From assembly GCA_963777155.1 (NCBI GenBank), contig CAVZPM010000008.1, positions 1-59,774 of the forward strand: DNA of 59,774 nt. Direction: 5' to 3'. A model generated the notes under the pieces. The model saw only the letters and a list, made by a program, of their open reading frames with translations. It ran no database searches and had not been told where the DNA came from. Below, piece by piece: positions 31,353 through 41,635 of this stretch (position 1 is its first letter; each line of letters begins with the position of its first letter). This DNA comes from Candidatus Bathyarchaeota archaeon. GTDB taxonomy: Archaea; Thermoproteota; Bathyarchaeia; Bathyarchaeales; Bathycorpusculaceae. Made by a program: the position numbers and the translations under genes.

Positions 31353-31770
31353 ATGTTTGATGAATCCTGCATATTCTGCAAAATCGTCCAAAAACAAGCG
31401 ACGTCAAGTATTATCTACGAAGATGAAGCTATCATGGTTTTCCTCGATATTAGACCGTTAAATCTGGGGCACACGCTCATCATACCAAAAGCTCACTACG
31501 TCGACATCTTTGACATTCCTTCAGAACTTCTGAGCCGAATCCATAGAGTGTCAAAACAGATTGCCTTGGTCGTCAAAAAAGCCACAAATGCCGATGGAAT
31601 CAGCATCATCCAGCAAAACGGCAAAGCCGCAGGACAAGACATCTTCCATCTTACATGTACATGTGATTCCGCGTTTTGAGGGGCAAAAACTGCAATCTTT
31701 TAGCGAATTAAGAGAAGTTGACAGAGCAAGTCTTGATGAAATGGCAAAGAAAATAAAACAACAACTTTAA
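31353..31770 (+). CDS. HIT family protein (frameshift near 31652)
   Basis: CIFCKI, LDIRP, GHTLIIPK, AGQDIFHLHVHVIPR split over two frames. Confidence 0.9.
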
Positions 31771-31826
31771 GAAAGGGTTGATTACTCGAGACATTCAGAT
31801 TTTTTGGGGTTTTGACTTGGATGGGA

Positions 31827-32318
31827 TTAAGGGTTCTGGTACTTGTATCGCCAAAATGCCTTGTATGGTGCTTCTAAACCCATCTGCCAGAGTACCGCGG
31901 ATAACTCGCCATAATGAACCATGCTCTCCATAACCATATGTGTAAGGACTGCTTCAACTTTGAGCTTAATGAAAGGTTTTTCTCCCCATGGAACAACTAT
32001 TTCTCGGTTGAGCTCTTCTGGGGAGAGCAGTGCGAGGTATTTCTCTGTGATGCAATGCACCTGTTGCATGTACTTTTTTAGTGAGTCCATGTTTATGAAG
32101 GCGTCGAAGTCTGGGTCAACCCATTCGGTAAATCGACCGGGAATTATGTAGTTTATCCATCTGTCTTCAACCAGTGTTAAATGCACAAACACATTACGTA
32201 TCGAGTCCCAACTTAATCCCCGAAAAGCCGCAACCTCTTCCCATGACAACTTCGAGAGGGCTTCAAGGTATGATTCACGGACTATGTGATTGTAGCGGAT
32301 TAAATCGGTTACTTGCAT
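31827..32318 (-). CDS. DinB family protein
   Basis: SIRNVFVHL...THMVMESMVHYGEL. Confidence 0.8.
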   Translation of the reverse strand: MQVTDLIRYNHIVRESYLEALSKLSWEEVAAFRGLSWDSIRNVFVHLTLVEDRWINYIIPGRFTEWVDPDFDAFINMDSLKKYMQQVHCITEKYLALLSPEELNREIVVPWGEKPFIKLKVEAVLTHMVMESMVHYGELSAVLWQMGLEAPYKAFWRYKYQNP

Positions 32319-32396
32319 AAAATGGATTACAGCGCTTTTCTTTTAAAATTTTGCTGAACTGCAAGCCTCATAGGTCACACATGCCAATAAGCCTAC

Positions 32397-32855
32397 ATGG
32401 CAGACGCTAAAACCAGCGGCACAATCGAGTTCCCAAAAACCTTCACCATAATCGGCAACATCGCACTCGCCGCATGGATAATCATAGACGCAATCGCTAT
32501 CCTGCTTTACAACTTAGCCTCAGGCGTCATATTCCTCTTGGCTGCCCTCATCGCTGTTTATGGTGTCCTAAAATTCCTTGGGTGTCTCCGCCCCTGCTAC
32601 AACTGCAAAAAATGCACCTTCGGCATGGGACGTTTAGCAGCGCTTTACTTTGGCAAACGTAGTCTCAAAGACTATAAACACACCTACCATTTAACAACAG
32701 CCTTATTTTTCTACGCGTTAATCGGATTATTCCCAACAGCACTTGCCATCATTTTTGTTGTTCAAATGTTTACAATCCTAAAACTGATAGTTGCAATAAT
32801 CCTCGTGGTATTTACAACCTATAGTGCAACAACTTGGCGGCAGACTAAAGATTAA
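32397..32855 (+). CDS. Hypothetical 4-TM protein with Cys cluster
   Basis: CLRPCYNCKKCTFGMG between TM helices. Confidence 0.7.
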   Translation: MADAKTSGTIEFPKTFTIIGNIALAAWIIIDAIAILLYNLASGVIFLLAALIAVYGVLKFLGCLRPCYNCKKCTFGMGRLAALYFGKRSLKDYKHTYHLTTALFFYALIGLFPTALAIIFVVQMFTILKLIVAIILVVFTTYSATTWRQTKD

Positions 32856-32866
32856 TGATTCCAAAA

Positions 32867-33274
32867 TCATGTTGGGGGTCTTTTTTGCGTATACTGGTAT
32901 CTACGTGGTTTTCCAATCCGCGTGAGAATGTTGTCTTTAACCAAATCGACTAGTGCGTGTGCTACGGCGGTCCGGTCATAGTGGAAACCCTTACGTGCCA
33001 ATTCGGTGTGCACGTCGTCTAATCCTCGGGGTTCACTGAACCAGTTTTCTTCCCAGAGTTTTTGTATTACTCCTCGGCAGGTTTCGGCGCGTGGAAGTGG
33101 TGCTTGGCGTTCTGTAGGTTGGGTTAGGTTAATGTTTTTGGAGTGTTCGGTGACGGTGGAGAGTATTTGGTTTACGGCAGTTTGGATTTGGTCGGGTTGG
33201 GCTTCGATTTCGAATTCTATGTCGCCGATTTTCATTTTTACGCGTATTGGTGGGTTTTGCGGGTTTTGTGTCAA
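32867..33274 (-). CDS. Hypothetical protein with C-terminal winged helix
   Basis: TTG start after AGGTGA; FSEPRGLDDVHTEL...AVAHALVDLVKDNILTRIG...YQY. Confidence 0.75.
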   Translation of the reverse strand: MTQNPQNPPIRVKMKIGDIEFEIEAQPDQIQTAVNQILSTVTEHSKNINLTQPTERQAPLPRAETCRGVIQKLWEENWFSEPRGLDDVHTELARKGFHYDRTAVAHALVDLVKDNILTRIGKPRRYQYTQKRPPT

Positions 33275-33284
33275 CTCTTCACCT

Positions 33285-33387
33285 ATTGTATATTGTATTG
33301 TGCAAGATGCACATGCACAATACTTAAATATTTCACCAATAAAGATATTGAATATTGGTGAATCAACGTGATTGAACAATATACAAT
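33285..33387. promoter_or_regulatory. Divergent promoter region with three perfect inverted repeats
   Basis: 33285-33296/33376-33387, 33295-33304/33314-33323, 33332-33341/33353-33362; TATA-like CTTAAATA at 33323. Confidence 0.6.
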
Positions 33388-34444
33388 TACTAACAAATAT
33401 AACTTTCCACAACCAACCATCGACTCCCTTCTCCCCCAACGCTTCTTCGAACAAAGCCTAAACACCCTCAAACAAATCCACCCCCAAACCCTCCAACTAA
33501 ACCAGCAAATCCAACAACTAACAACAACCGAGCAATACCCACGCAACCTCCAATTAAAAACAACCCCAATCACGCTAAAACCAGACCACCAAGAAACCCT
33601 AGTTGCCGCCGTGGACACCTCAACCATAAAAATCGGCGAAACCCAAACCGGCATCATTGTCGCCGTAAGGGGCGCAACAACCTGGAAACAAAATGGCGCC
33701 TACAAGTACACTCGACTAGGGCCATTTATTTTTCACATAACTGAAGAAAACAAAAACCAACTCTGCAACACACTTGAAAACGCATACTTCAGTACCGCCT
33801 ACACCAGCAATCACCAATCCGCACCAAACATTATGCAGATGCCCACGCGCCTCGCCAACCTGCTGGAGCGATGGCTGCAAACCATGCTTGCCAAAACTGT
33901 AAACAACGGTGTTCTTCTCTTCGATGGATCACTAACCGCTGGTACCCCTGAAACCCCAGTGCAGCGTTTGAAGGAAATCCTTAGTTACGCAAGAAGAAAC
34001 CAAAGCACGGTTTTGGCATTTTCCAAAGCTACTACTTTGAGGGCTAATGGCTTGTTGATAACTGAGCAACTTCCAAACCGCGACCCACCTTATTTGCTTG
34101 AGACTACAGGTTTGCATTCGAAGCTACCTATGATGCTACTGGGAGATGTTTATGTGGCGCGGCTCAACAAAGCAAACTTGGCATTCCGGCTTGACGTTGA
34201 CAAGGAAACGCCTGTTGAACAGCGGCTGGATGCCATCCAAAAACTCTTGGGCAACGACCTCTACACCCAAAGCTACCCTGAGACGCTGAGACTCTCACAT
34301 ATCCTTTGTACCTTCACCGCCAACGAAGTCTTAGCAATTAAACACTTCATAACCCGCAAACATGGCATCCAAATTGTCAACCGACCCGACATGCACAGAA
34401 TCCTCTTTGGCTCCTACGGCTTCAAAGGAGAAAACTACTCATGA
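33368..34444 (+). CDS. nurA: NurA-family nuclease
   Basis: AAVDTS, LLFDGSL, FSK, YPETLRLSH. Confidence 0.8.
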   Translation: MIEQYTITNKYNFPQPTIDSLLPQRFFEQSLNTLKQIHPQTLQLNQQIQQLTTTEQYPRNLQLKTTPITLKPDHQETLVAAVDTSTIKIGETQTGIIVAVRGATTWKQNGAYKYTRLGPFIFHITEENKNQLCNTLENAYFSTAYTSNHQSAPNIMQMPTRLANLLERWLQTMLAKTVNNGVLLFDGSLTAGTPETPVQRLKEILSYARRNQSTVLAFSKATTLRANGLLITEQLPNRDPPYLLETTGLHSKLPMMLLGDVYVARLNKANLAFRLDVDKETPVEQRLDAIQKLLGNDLYTQSYPETLRLSHILCTFTANEVLAIKHFITRKHGIQIVNRPDMHRILFGSYGFKGENYS

Positions 34445-35901
34445 AGCTCTACAGAAAAGAAGGTAATGTGCTTCAAATCATCAGTTTTCCCATGGAGAAC
34501 GCAGAAAAAGGCGATTACCTTTTCGTTGAAGACGCAGATGCAGCTAAAGCCTTAATCGCCCAAGTTATCGACGTCCAATTTGCTGCTGTCCCTGGCGTTC
34601 TGGAGGAGCTTTTGCGTACGTTGCCCGATGGAGGCGAACCTTTGCAGGGCGAAGACATCGACCCCATGGAGATTGCTCCCCACATCACCTACATCCAAGA
34701 TGCGAGTCTACTAATTTGCAAGATTCGAGCAACTTTGGAAAATGAAATGTTGAGTCCAAGTAGCAGTTGGTTGCCCTCTCGCTCGCAATCTACCATCAAA
34801 AAACTCTCCATCCCAATGCTCATGAAACTCGCAAAAGTGGACGGCAAATTGCCCATAACTTTGGGGGGAACCAAAGACTCCTCACTCTTAACTATAGATG
34901 CCTCATCCATTGACGGAACGCTGAACATCATTACAGGAAAGAAGGGTTGCGGCAAATCCCATCTCTCCAAACTCCTGATGGTAAACCTCGTCGGCTACAA
35001 AGCAACCGTCGTCATTTTCGACCTCAACGGCGAATACAGCAGCCTCGGCATGACCAACGATGGCAAACGCAACATGTACTACGACAAAATCCACACCCTA
35101 ACGCCCAGCCAGAACTTCAAAGTGGCGCTTGAGCAGTTGCCCTTAAACACGGTTATGGGAATACTTGTAAACGCTCTTCATTTGCCCGGAACCTCAGCGC
35201 GTGAATTTAGGCGGCTATGGAAGATGCTCAAAGAACAGGGCAAGTTGAATATGCAAAATTTGGGTGAAGCGATTCGCGATTTGAACTGCAACCAGCATGT
35301 TCGGGATGCGTTGGCTTCTCGTTTTCACTCGTTTGCTAACTCGGGTTTTTTCACAGACTGCCTTGGTGAGGCAACTCTGCTTGATGAGAGTATCTTCAAA
35401 GCTAAAGATGCGGGCGGTGCAATCGTGGTAAATCTTAAAAACACAAGTAACATCGACCGGCAAATCGTAGTCGAATACGTCTTAGGCAAACTCGTTGATT
35501 CCCTCTCCAATTGGAAACTTAAAGCCGCATTCCTCTTTGCCGAAGAAGCCCACCTCTACCTACGCGAAACCTACTGGGACGACATCGTCACCCGAATGCG
35601 CCACTACGGCCTATTCACCACATTCATAACCAACCAGCCGGACACCATCCAAGAAACCATCTACCGACAAGCCGACAACATATTTCTCTTTAACTTCACC
35701 AACGAACACGACTTGGACGTGGTTTCAAGGGCTGCTCGAGTTGATGCCGAGACGGTTCGGTCAATAGCCCGCGACTTGCCACCACACCACTGCTTAACCT
35801 TAGGAAAAGTTGTCAGGGATTTCCCCATAGTTGCCCGAGTTAGAGCTTTAGACATCAAAACACTGGGAGAAACACGTCTGTTCTTTAGCGATAAGAATTA
35901 G
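34441..35901 (+). CDS. herA: HerA-family ATPase/translocase
   Basis: Walker A GKKGCGKS, FDLNGEY, FAEEAH, RMRHYG, TNQP; overlaps the nurA stop. Confidence 0.85.
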   Translation: MKLYRKEGNVLQIISFPMENAEKGDYLFVEDADAAKALIAQVIDVQFAAVPGVLEELLRTLPDGGEPLQGEDIDPMEIAPHITYIQDASLLICKIRATLENEMLSPSSSWLPSRSQSTIKKLSIPMLMKLAKVDGKLPITLGGTKDSSLLTIDASSIDGTLNIITGKKGCGKSHLSKLLMVNLVGYKATVVIFDLNGEYSSLGMTNDGKRNMYYDKIHTLTPSQNFKVALEQLPLNTVMGILVNALHLPGTSAREFRRLWKMLKEQGKLNMQNLGEAIRDLNCNQHVRDALASRFHSFANSGFFTDCLGEATLLDESIFKAKDAGGAIVVNLKNTSNIDRQIVVEYVLGKLVDSLSNWKLKAAFLFAEEAHLYLRETYWDDIVTRMRHYGLFTTFITNQPDTIQETIYRQADNIFLFNFTNEHDLDVVSRAARVDAETVRSIARDLPPHHCLTLGKVVRDFPIVARVRALDIKTLGETRLFFSDKN

Positions 35902-36331
35902 CCTGCTCCAATTTTTCCCTGTTATTTGTAAAGAAGAGTCGAAAAGAAGCAGTCAAATTGTAGCTTTCTACTTCATTGAACGGTACCCAACGCAATTCTG
36001 CGGCGTCGCTTGCGGCTTGAATGGTTCCTGCAATGACGTGCACGAGGTAGTCGATGATGACATAGTGGTATTTTACTTTGCCCTGCTCATCTAAATCGAC
36101 ATTATCCACTACACCAATCAGGCTTGGGTTGTCAACGTCGAGGCAGACTTCTTCTTTGGTTTCGCGGATGACCGATGCTTCGAGGCTTTCGCCCAATTCA
36201 ACTAAGCCACCGGGGATGGTCCATTTGCCCTTGCTGGGTTCGTTGCCGCGTTTTATCAGCGCTATCTTGCCTTCTTGGATTATGACTGCGCCGATGCCTA
36301 CGATGGGTTGGTCAGGGTATAAACGTTTCAT
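35885..36331 (-). CDS. Nudix hydrolase
   Basis: PGGLVELGESLEASVIRETKEE. Confidence 0.92.
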   Translation of the reverse strand: MKRLYPDQPIVGIGAVIIQEGKIALIKRGNEPSKGKWTIPGGLVELGESLEASVIRETKEEVCLDVDNPSLIGVVDNVDLDEQGKVKYHYVIIDYLVHVIAGTIQAASDAAELRWVPFNEVESYNLTASFRLFFTNNREKLEQANSYR

Positions 36332-36428
36332 GAAGAAACCTCACGTTAAAATGATGTATCTATGTCTTAAAGCTTCTACTGATAAAATCTTTAAAAAAAA
36401 ATAAAAAGAAAAAGAGTTTGTAGCGCCC

Positions 36429-37763
36429 TTACTCGTATCTTAGGGCTTCTACTGGTTTGAGTTTTGAAGCACGCCACGCTGGGTAAAGCGCGAAGATTAC
36501 GCTGACTCCGACACCGAAAGCTAAAGCACCGACCATTACCTCAGGGGTTAGAAGTGGGATGATCTTGAATCCGCCTCCTCCGCCGAACACGCCTGAACCA
36601 AGGACACTGGCAGTGATATTTGCCAATATCCAGCCTGAAATTATGCCTATTATTGCGCCCATTAAGCCGATAATGACTGATTCGCCAAGGAAGATGGTCA
36701 GTACAGTTCTGCTTTTCATACCTAACGCTTTGAGAATACCGATTTCACGTGTTCGCTCAATCAAGGAGACTATCATGATGTTCATTATACCGATGCCAGC
36801 GACTAAAAGCGAGATAGCTGCAATTCCTCCCAAGAACAACTGCAGGATGCTGAAGATGTTTGTTAGTAAGCTGAGCACCGCGGTTGCAGATACGACGGAT
36901 ACTTGGTTGCTGAAGTGGTCAGTTATAGCTTTGGAAACGTTAGTTATGGTAGAGTTATCGCTGTTCTTGAGTTGGACAATTATCATGTCGCATTGTTGTG
37001 TATCAAAGAAGCTCTCAGCTTTGTCAAGAGGGATGTACACACCTGTGTCGGATGGTCCACCGATGCCGAAGCCGCCGATTTTTCCAAGGACACCTGAAAC
37101 GTCAGCGCTGTATGTTTCGTTTACTGGGGGTAGAACTGTTGCGTTTGTCCATGTGACGTTGATGGTGTCGCCTGCGCCAAAGAAGATTGTGCCGTTTTGT
37201 CCAGGCTGGTTTACCCGTGTACCCACGACGACTTGGTTGTCAGATGGGCTGGTTGGAATGGTTCCGCTTGCAGCAGTGAAGGTTGTGCTGTAGGTTTGAG
37301 CGTACGAATTGAAGTCCACGCCGTAGATAGTTACTGAACGGTTAAGATTATCGGTTTGAACATAGCCTGAACGACTTATGATGGCGATTGAGCTTACGAT
37401 ATCTGGCGATAAAGCATCGATTTCACTCGTATAGTTCACGTAGAGCTTGAACCCTGAATTATCACTCGTTCCTCCGCCGAATGCACCGCCGTCACCACCG
37501 CCAAAGCCTCCGCCACCTCCACCTGCACCCGCACCGCCTCCTCCGCCTAAGACTCCTCCGCTGCCAGAACTTATGATAAGTGTGTTGGCGGATAAACCTT
37601 GGTTAAGTTGACCTGTTAAAGTTGCTTGCAAGCCCTGAGTAATCGATAGCAAAGCTACTATGGCTGCGATACCGATTATGACGCCTAAGGTTGTTAGTGC
37701 TGCTCTAAGCTTGCGGAGCTTAATTGCGCTAAATGAGTAACCGAAAATGTCAACTGTCTTCAT
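36429..37763 (-). CDS. MacB/FtsX-type ABC permease
   Basis: GIGIMNIMIVSLIERTREIGILKALG, YPAWRASKLKPVEALRYE. Confidence 0.93.
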   Translation of the reverse strand: MKTVDIFGYSFSAIKLRKLRAALTTLGVIIGIAAIVALLSITQGLQATLTGQLNQGLSANTLIISSGSGGVLGGGGGAGAGGGGGGFGGGDGGAFGGGTSDNSGFKLYVNYTSEIDALSPDIVSSIAIISRSGYVQTDNLNRSVTIYGVDFNSYAQTYSTTFTAASGTIPTSPSDNQVVVGTRVNQPGQNGTIFFGAGDTINVTWTNATVLPPVNETYSADVSGVLGKIGGFGIGGPSDTGVYIPLDKAESFFDTQQCDMIIVQLKNSDNSTITNVSKAITDHFSNQVSVVSATAVLSLLTNIFSILQLFLGGIAAISLLVAGIGIMNIMIVSLIERTREIGILKALGMKSRTVLTIFLGESVIIGLMGAIIGIISGWILANITASVLGSGVFGGGGGFKIIPLLTPEVMVGALAFGVGVSVIFALYPAWRASKLKPVEALRYE

Positions 37764-37764
37764 T

Positions 37765-38460
37765 TTAGTTTTCCACCTGAGTTACGATTTGGCCATCAAA
37801 CATCTTCACAGTTCGCTTTGCTTCATGTGCCAGTCTCTCGTCATGTGTAACCATGATAATGCTAACCTTGTTTTCAGCGTTTAATTTATTAATTAAAGCT
37901 AATACTTCACTTGCCGTCTTAGAGTCGACGTTTCCAGTGGGTTCATCCAATAAGAGGAACTTTGGGTTGTTTGCCAAAGCCCGTGCAATGGCAACTCGTT
38001 GCTGTTGTCCTCCGCTTAGCTCGGCGGGTTTATGGTTGATTCTATCTTTTAACCCTACAGTTTCAAGAAGATCTATGGCGCGTTTCCTTCGCTCAACTTT
38101 GCTTGTGTTGGCTATGGACATCGCTAATTCAACGTTGTCTCGTGCGGTTAATCTTGGGATTAAGTTAAAGAATTGGAATACGAATCCGATTTTGAGCCTG
38201 ATTTCGGCGAGTTGGTTATCGTTGAGTTTAGAGATGTCTACCCCGTCGATTAACAGAGTACCTGCAGTGGGTTTGTCCAATGCACCAATCAAATTTAACA
38301 TTGTAGATTTACCGCTGCCAGAGGGTCCAAGGATTGAAACGAAGTCTCCTGCTTCAACTTTGAGGTTTACTCCCTGAAGGGCTTCCACTGGGACTTTTCC
38401 CAACATGTAAGTTTTTTTAACGTCTATCGCTTCTACGACAGGAATTGGTTTTGTTGACAT
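37765..38460 (-). CDS. ABC ATP-binding protein (LolD/MacB-like)
   Basis: [22 protein letters not shown]. Confidence 0.95.
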   Translation of the reverse strand: MSTKPIPVVEAIDVKKTYMLGKVPVEALQGVNLKVEAGDFVSILGPSGSGKSTMLNLIGALDKPTAGTLLIDGVDISKLNDNQLAEIRLKIGFVFQFFNLIPRLTARDNVELAMSIANTSKVERRKRAIDLLETVGLKDRINHKPAELSGGQQQRVAIARALANNPKFLLLDEPTGNVDSKTASEVLALINKLNAENKVSIIMVTHDERLAHEAKRTVKMFDGQIVTQVEN

Positions 38461-38580
38461 TTTTTATTCGCGCTTCTATTTCTGATGAATTCTACCTTTA
38501 TTTAAAGACTAGTTAAATCTTAAAAAAGAAAGTTACAGGTAGGGCAAGTTTTGCCTCTTCAAGGATGTACGACTAGCTTG

Positions 38581-39255
38581 TTAACTTATGATTGTGCCAA
38601 CGTTCTCGCCCTTAATCGCCGCCAAAATGTTTTCAGGTTTAAATCCGTTCACGACGACGAGTTTGAGTCTTTTGCGTTTGAGAACTTTAATGGCTTCAGG
38701 GTCAATAATTTGGTGAATCCCGGCTTCATGCTCGCTGTGCTCAAAAATCGCAGCCAACTCTTCAAGCGATAAACGGTCAAGCTTCATCGCATCAGGATGT
38801 TTTCTTGGGTCCTTATCATAAACGCCGTCTTGGTCCGTGCCTTTAACCAGCAACTCCGCATTAACACGCTCAGCAACCAACGTTGCAACAGCGTCAGTTG
38901 TGATTCCCGGCCTCAAACCGCCCATAACAACAATTTTTCCTTCACCAAGACATTGCGCTGCTTCATCAAGCGTTACTGCTACCTTGTTGCAGCCTGCGTC
39001 TCCGATTTTTTTGAGGAAAAGCTGTGCAAAGAGCCTTGAGCAGGAAATGGCAATTTCATCCTGTACAGTCATGTCCAGGTGCAGGTTGCGGGCTATGCCG
39101 ATGAATTCTCTGGCCAGCGCTCCACCGCCCAAAACCACGACAACTTCATGCCCCTGCTGTTTTACAGTTTGGATTATGTCGGCATATTTGCTCATTAATT
39201 CCGTGTTGACTGGTGAGGCAACTACTGAACCGCCAATTCGGATTACTAAACGCAT
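38581..39255 (-). CDS. pyrH: UMP kinase
   Basis: IGGS, GGGALAR, MGGLRPGITTDAVA, DGVYDKDP. Confidence 0.93.
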   Translation of the reverse strand: MRLVIRIGGSVVASPVNTELMSKYADIIQTVKQQGHEVVVVLGGGALAREFIGIARNLHLDMTVQDEIAISCSRLFAQLFLKKIGDAGCNKVAVTLDEAAQCLGEGKIVVMGGLRPGITTDAVATLVAERVNAELLVKGTDQDGVYDKDPRKHPDAMKLDRLSLEELAAIFEHSEHEAGIHQIIDPEAIKVLKRKRLKLVVVNGFKPENILAAIKGENVGTIIS

Positions 39256-39506
39256 ACTTAATCTTCCTTGTTGGCTAACAATGTATTCTGAAGTTAAAAA
39301 TCTTTAATATCTCAAAGCCTGCTTTCGTATCCGCTTAGTTAGCAGCAACTAAAACACCCGCGTTTCCCAGACGTTCTGGGGCATTCTGGAACGTTTGTAG
39401 ATCAATCTGCAGACATCACAAATACAAAACAAAGGCATCTGGAATAAGACCTTTTTTAAGAAAGTTGCCATGACTTGTGAAGCTAGGTGCATTGTTAACA
39501 TGCCTT

Positions 39507-39683
39507 CACACTCACACCCACACTCCTCAACATAGAATCAATGAAGAGTGTGTGGAACAATCCCTCTCCCCGCACTCAAATCGCAAGAGAAAAACGATGC
39601 AAACCAAAAAAGCAACCAAATGCAAACCCCAGAGTGTGGTGTGCAATTTTATAGCCCCACACTCACACAAAGAGAGAAAAAAC
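39507..39683. repeat. Cluster of CACACTC/GAGTGTG motifs forming two similar hairpins
   Basis: Stems 39546-39552/39571-39577 and 39632-39639/39657-39664, each followed by GAGAAAAA; extra half-sites at 39507 and 39519. Confidence 0.5.
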
Positions 39684-39883
39684 AATCTTCTAAAAATAGC
39701 GCCAACCAGAAAATAGCTCTTCAGTCTATAGGCTCTGAAAGTCCTTTACTAACCAAAATCCTCCATACAGGCATTTTTTCATTTTCACTAAATGACTAAT
39801 TGACTTATCTTCGTAGCAGTGCTGTTGCAGAGTTTATATTTTGCTTCTTGTTAGTAGAAGCAAGCTTCGAGGAATGAACTCTC

Positions 39884-40808
39884 ATGTCCTTTACCGAAAC
39901 AGTTACTGTGCATGCGTTGGCGCCATTCAACTTTGATTTGACCGCTCAAATCTTCTCCAGCGGCGACCCGGAGATCCGCAGCTACTCAAATGGTGTATTC
40001 CATCAAGTGTTGAAAATCAACGGCAATCTTGTGTTAATCGAAGTTAGCTCTGTTGGAACGGTTGAAAATCCAGAATTATTGGTAGTGCTGAAATCAAATA
40101 TCGCGATAACATCACTAGAACAAGAAAGCAGCCGGGAAAATAGTCGAGTTTATCTTCAACTTGGATTTTAACCTCAACTCTTTCTACCACGATGTTAAAG
40201 ACGACCATGTGATGCACCACATAAGCCAGCAACTTTACGGGTTAAAGAACCCCACAACACCAACAGTCTTTGAATCGTTAGTTGACTCGATTGTTGAGCA
40301 GCAAATCAGCATAAAAGTAGCCCACACAATAGAGCAGCGGTTAGCCAAGAAATTCGGCGAAACACTCACCATAGAAGGTAACAACTACTTTGCCTATCCA
40401 ACACCTCAACGCATCTCAGATGCCAGCATTAGCGAAGTTCAGCAGGTTGGATTAAGTATGCGCAAAGCCGAGTACATTCATGGGGCATCTAAGTTGATTG
40501 CGGACGGCAAGTTGGACCTTGAAAAAATGAAGAACCAGAAAAACCCCAGTAACATAATCGCTGAACTGGACGAAATCAAAGGCATAGGTGTTTGGACTGC
40601 GGAACTCACCATGCTACGCGGGATGCAGAGGTTAGATGCATTACCTGCAGACGATTTTGGCATAAGACGGGTGATTTCAAGGTACTATTGCGGTGGCAAA
40701 CCGATTAAGGCTGATGAGGCACGTGGAATCGCAGAGGCATGGGGCAGATGGAAGGGTTTAGCTGCTTTTTACTTGATTATTGCGGAAGTTAAGGGCTTAG
40801 TTGTTTAG
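39884..40808 (+). CDS. alkA: DNA-3-methyladenine glycosylase (AlkA family), frameshifted
   Basis: FESLVDSIVEQQIS, HhH IKGIGVWTAE, LPADD. Confidence 0.88.
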
Positions 40809-41635
40809 CTAGTCAATCGTTTTTTCATCAGATTTATGCTCAAGATAAAAAAGAATATTGTAACTGCGATTAACCATACGAAACTGACCAGAATCAGGAC
40901 AGCTGGGCTTAAGCCAAGTATTGGTTCTAGGTGCCCTGAAACCAGTCCTCTCGTAATGTTTACCACATGTGTCAACGGCAGAACCATGGCTACTCCCTGA
41001 GCGGCAGAAGGTAAAGAGGTTAACGGAAAGAATGTACCACATAAAAAGAACATCGGCGTTAAAAACAGGAACGAGGGAAAATTGAAGAAATCAATATTTG
41101 GCGCAACTGACGTAAAGCACATAGCCATAGACGCAAACATGAGTCCTCCGAAAAACGCCAGAGGAATCACCAGCAGAAATAGCGGACTGGAAATTAATCC
41201 GAAAGCCGCAACAACAGCCAAAACGATGGTAGTGTTAAGGGTTGCTCTGGTTGCTCCCCAAAGTAGTTCTCCAGCCACAACCTCTTCTACGCTGACAGGG
41301 GTTGCGACAATGGCATCAAAGGTTTTCTGAAAGTACATGCGGACAAACGAGGCGAACGTGCATTCAAAGAAGGAGCCGTTCATAACTGAAATAGCCACAA
41401 GTGCTGGAGCGATAAAGGCAATGTATGATTGTCCTTGGATACTTGGGATGAATCCGCCAAGTCCAAAACCGAAAGCTAAAAGGTAAAGGATAGGTTCAAG
41501 CAGGGATGGCAAGAAGTTTACTTTTATGGTTTTTGTGAACACGTCAAAATTACGGTGCCAGACTTTCCAAACCCTGTATGTTAGTTTGGGTATAGTGAAA
41601 CGTGCAGGCGACTTGCGAAGGTTGGGTTCACTCAT
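40805..41635 (-). CDS. ABC-2 permease (NodJ-like)
   Basis: QKTFDAIVATP, PMFFLCGTFFP, LPLTH. Confidence 0.9.
   Translation of the reverse strand: MSEPNLRKSPARFTIPKLTYRVWKVWHRNFDVFTKTIKVNFLPSLLEPILYLLAFGFGLGGFIPSIQGQSYIAFIAPALVAISVMNGSFFECTFASFVRMYFQKTFDAIVATPVSVEEVVAGELLWGATRATLNTTIVLAVVAAFGLISSPLFLLVIPLAFFGGLMFASMAMCFTSVAPNIDFFNFPSFLFLTPMFFLCGTFFPLTSLPSAAQGVAMVLPLTHVVNITRGLVSGHLEPILGLSPAVLILVSFVWLIAVTIFFFILSINLMKKRLTS

Noticed and set aside
36559-37293. 244-aa + strand ORF and similar long antisense ORFs (37853-38377, 38837-39307, 58246-58770)
   Set aside because: Shadows of well-supported genes on the opposite strand.
39477-39799. Two short ORFs in the pyrH-alkA spacer; possible replication origin
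   Set aside because: Low-complexity translations; no recognisable ORB motif and no cdc6/orc1 nearby.
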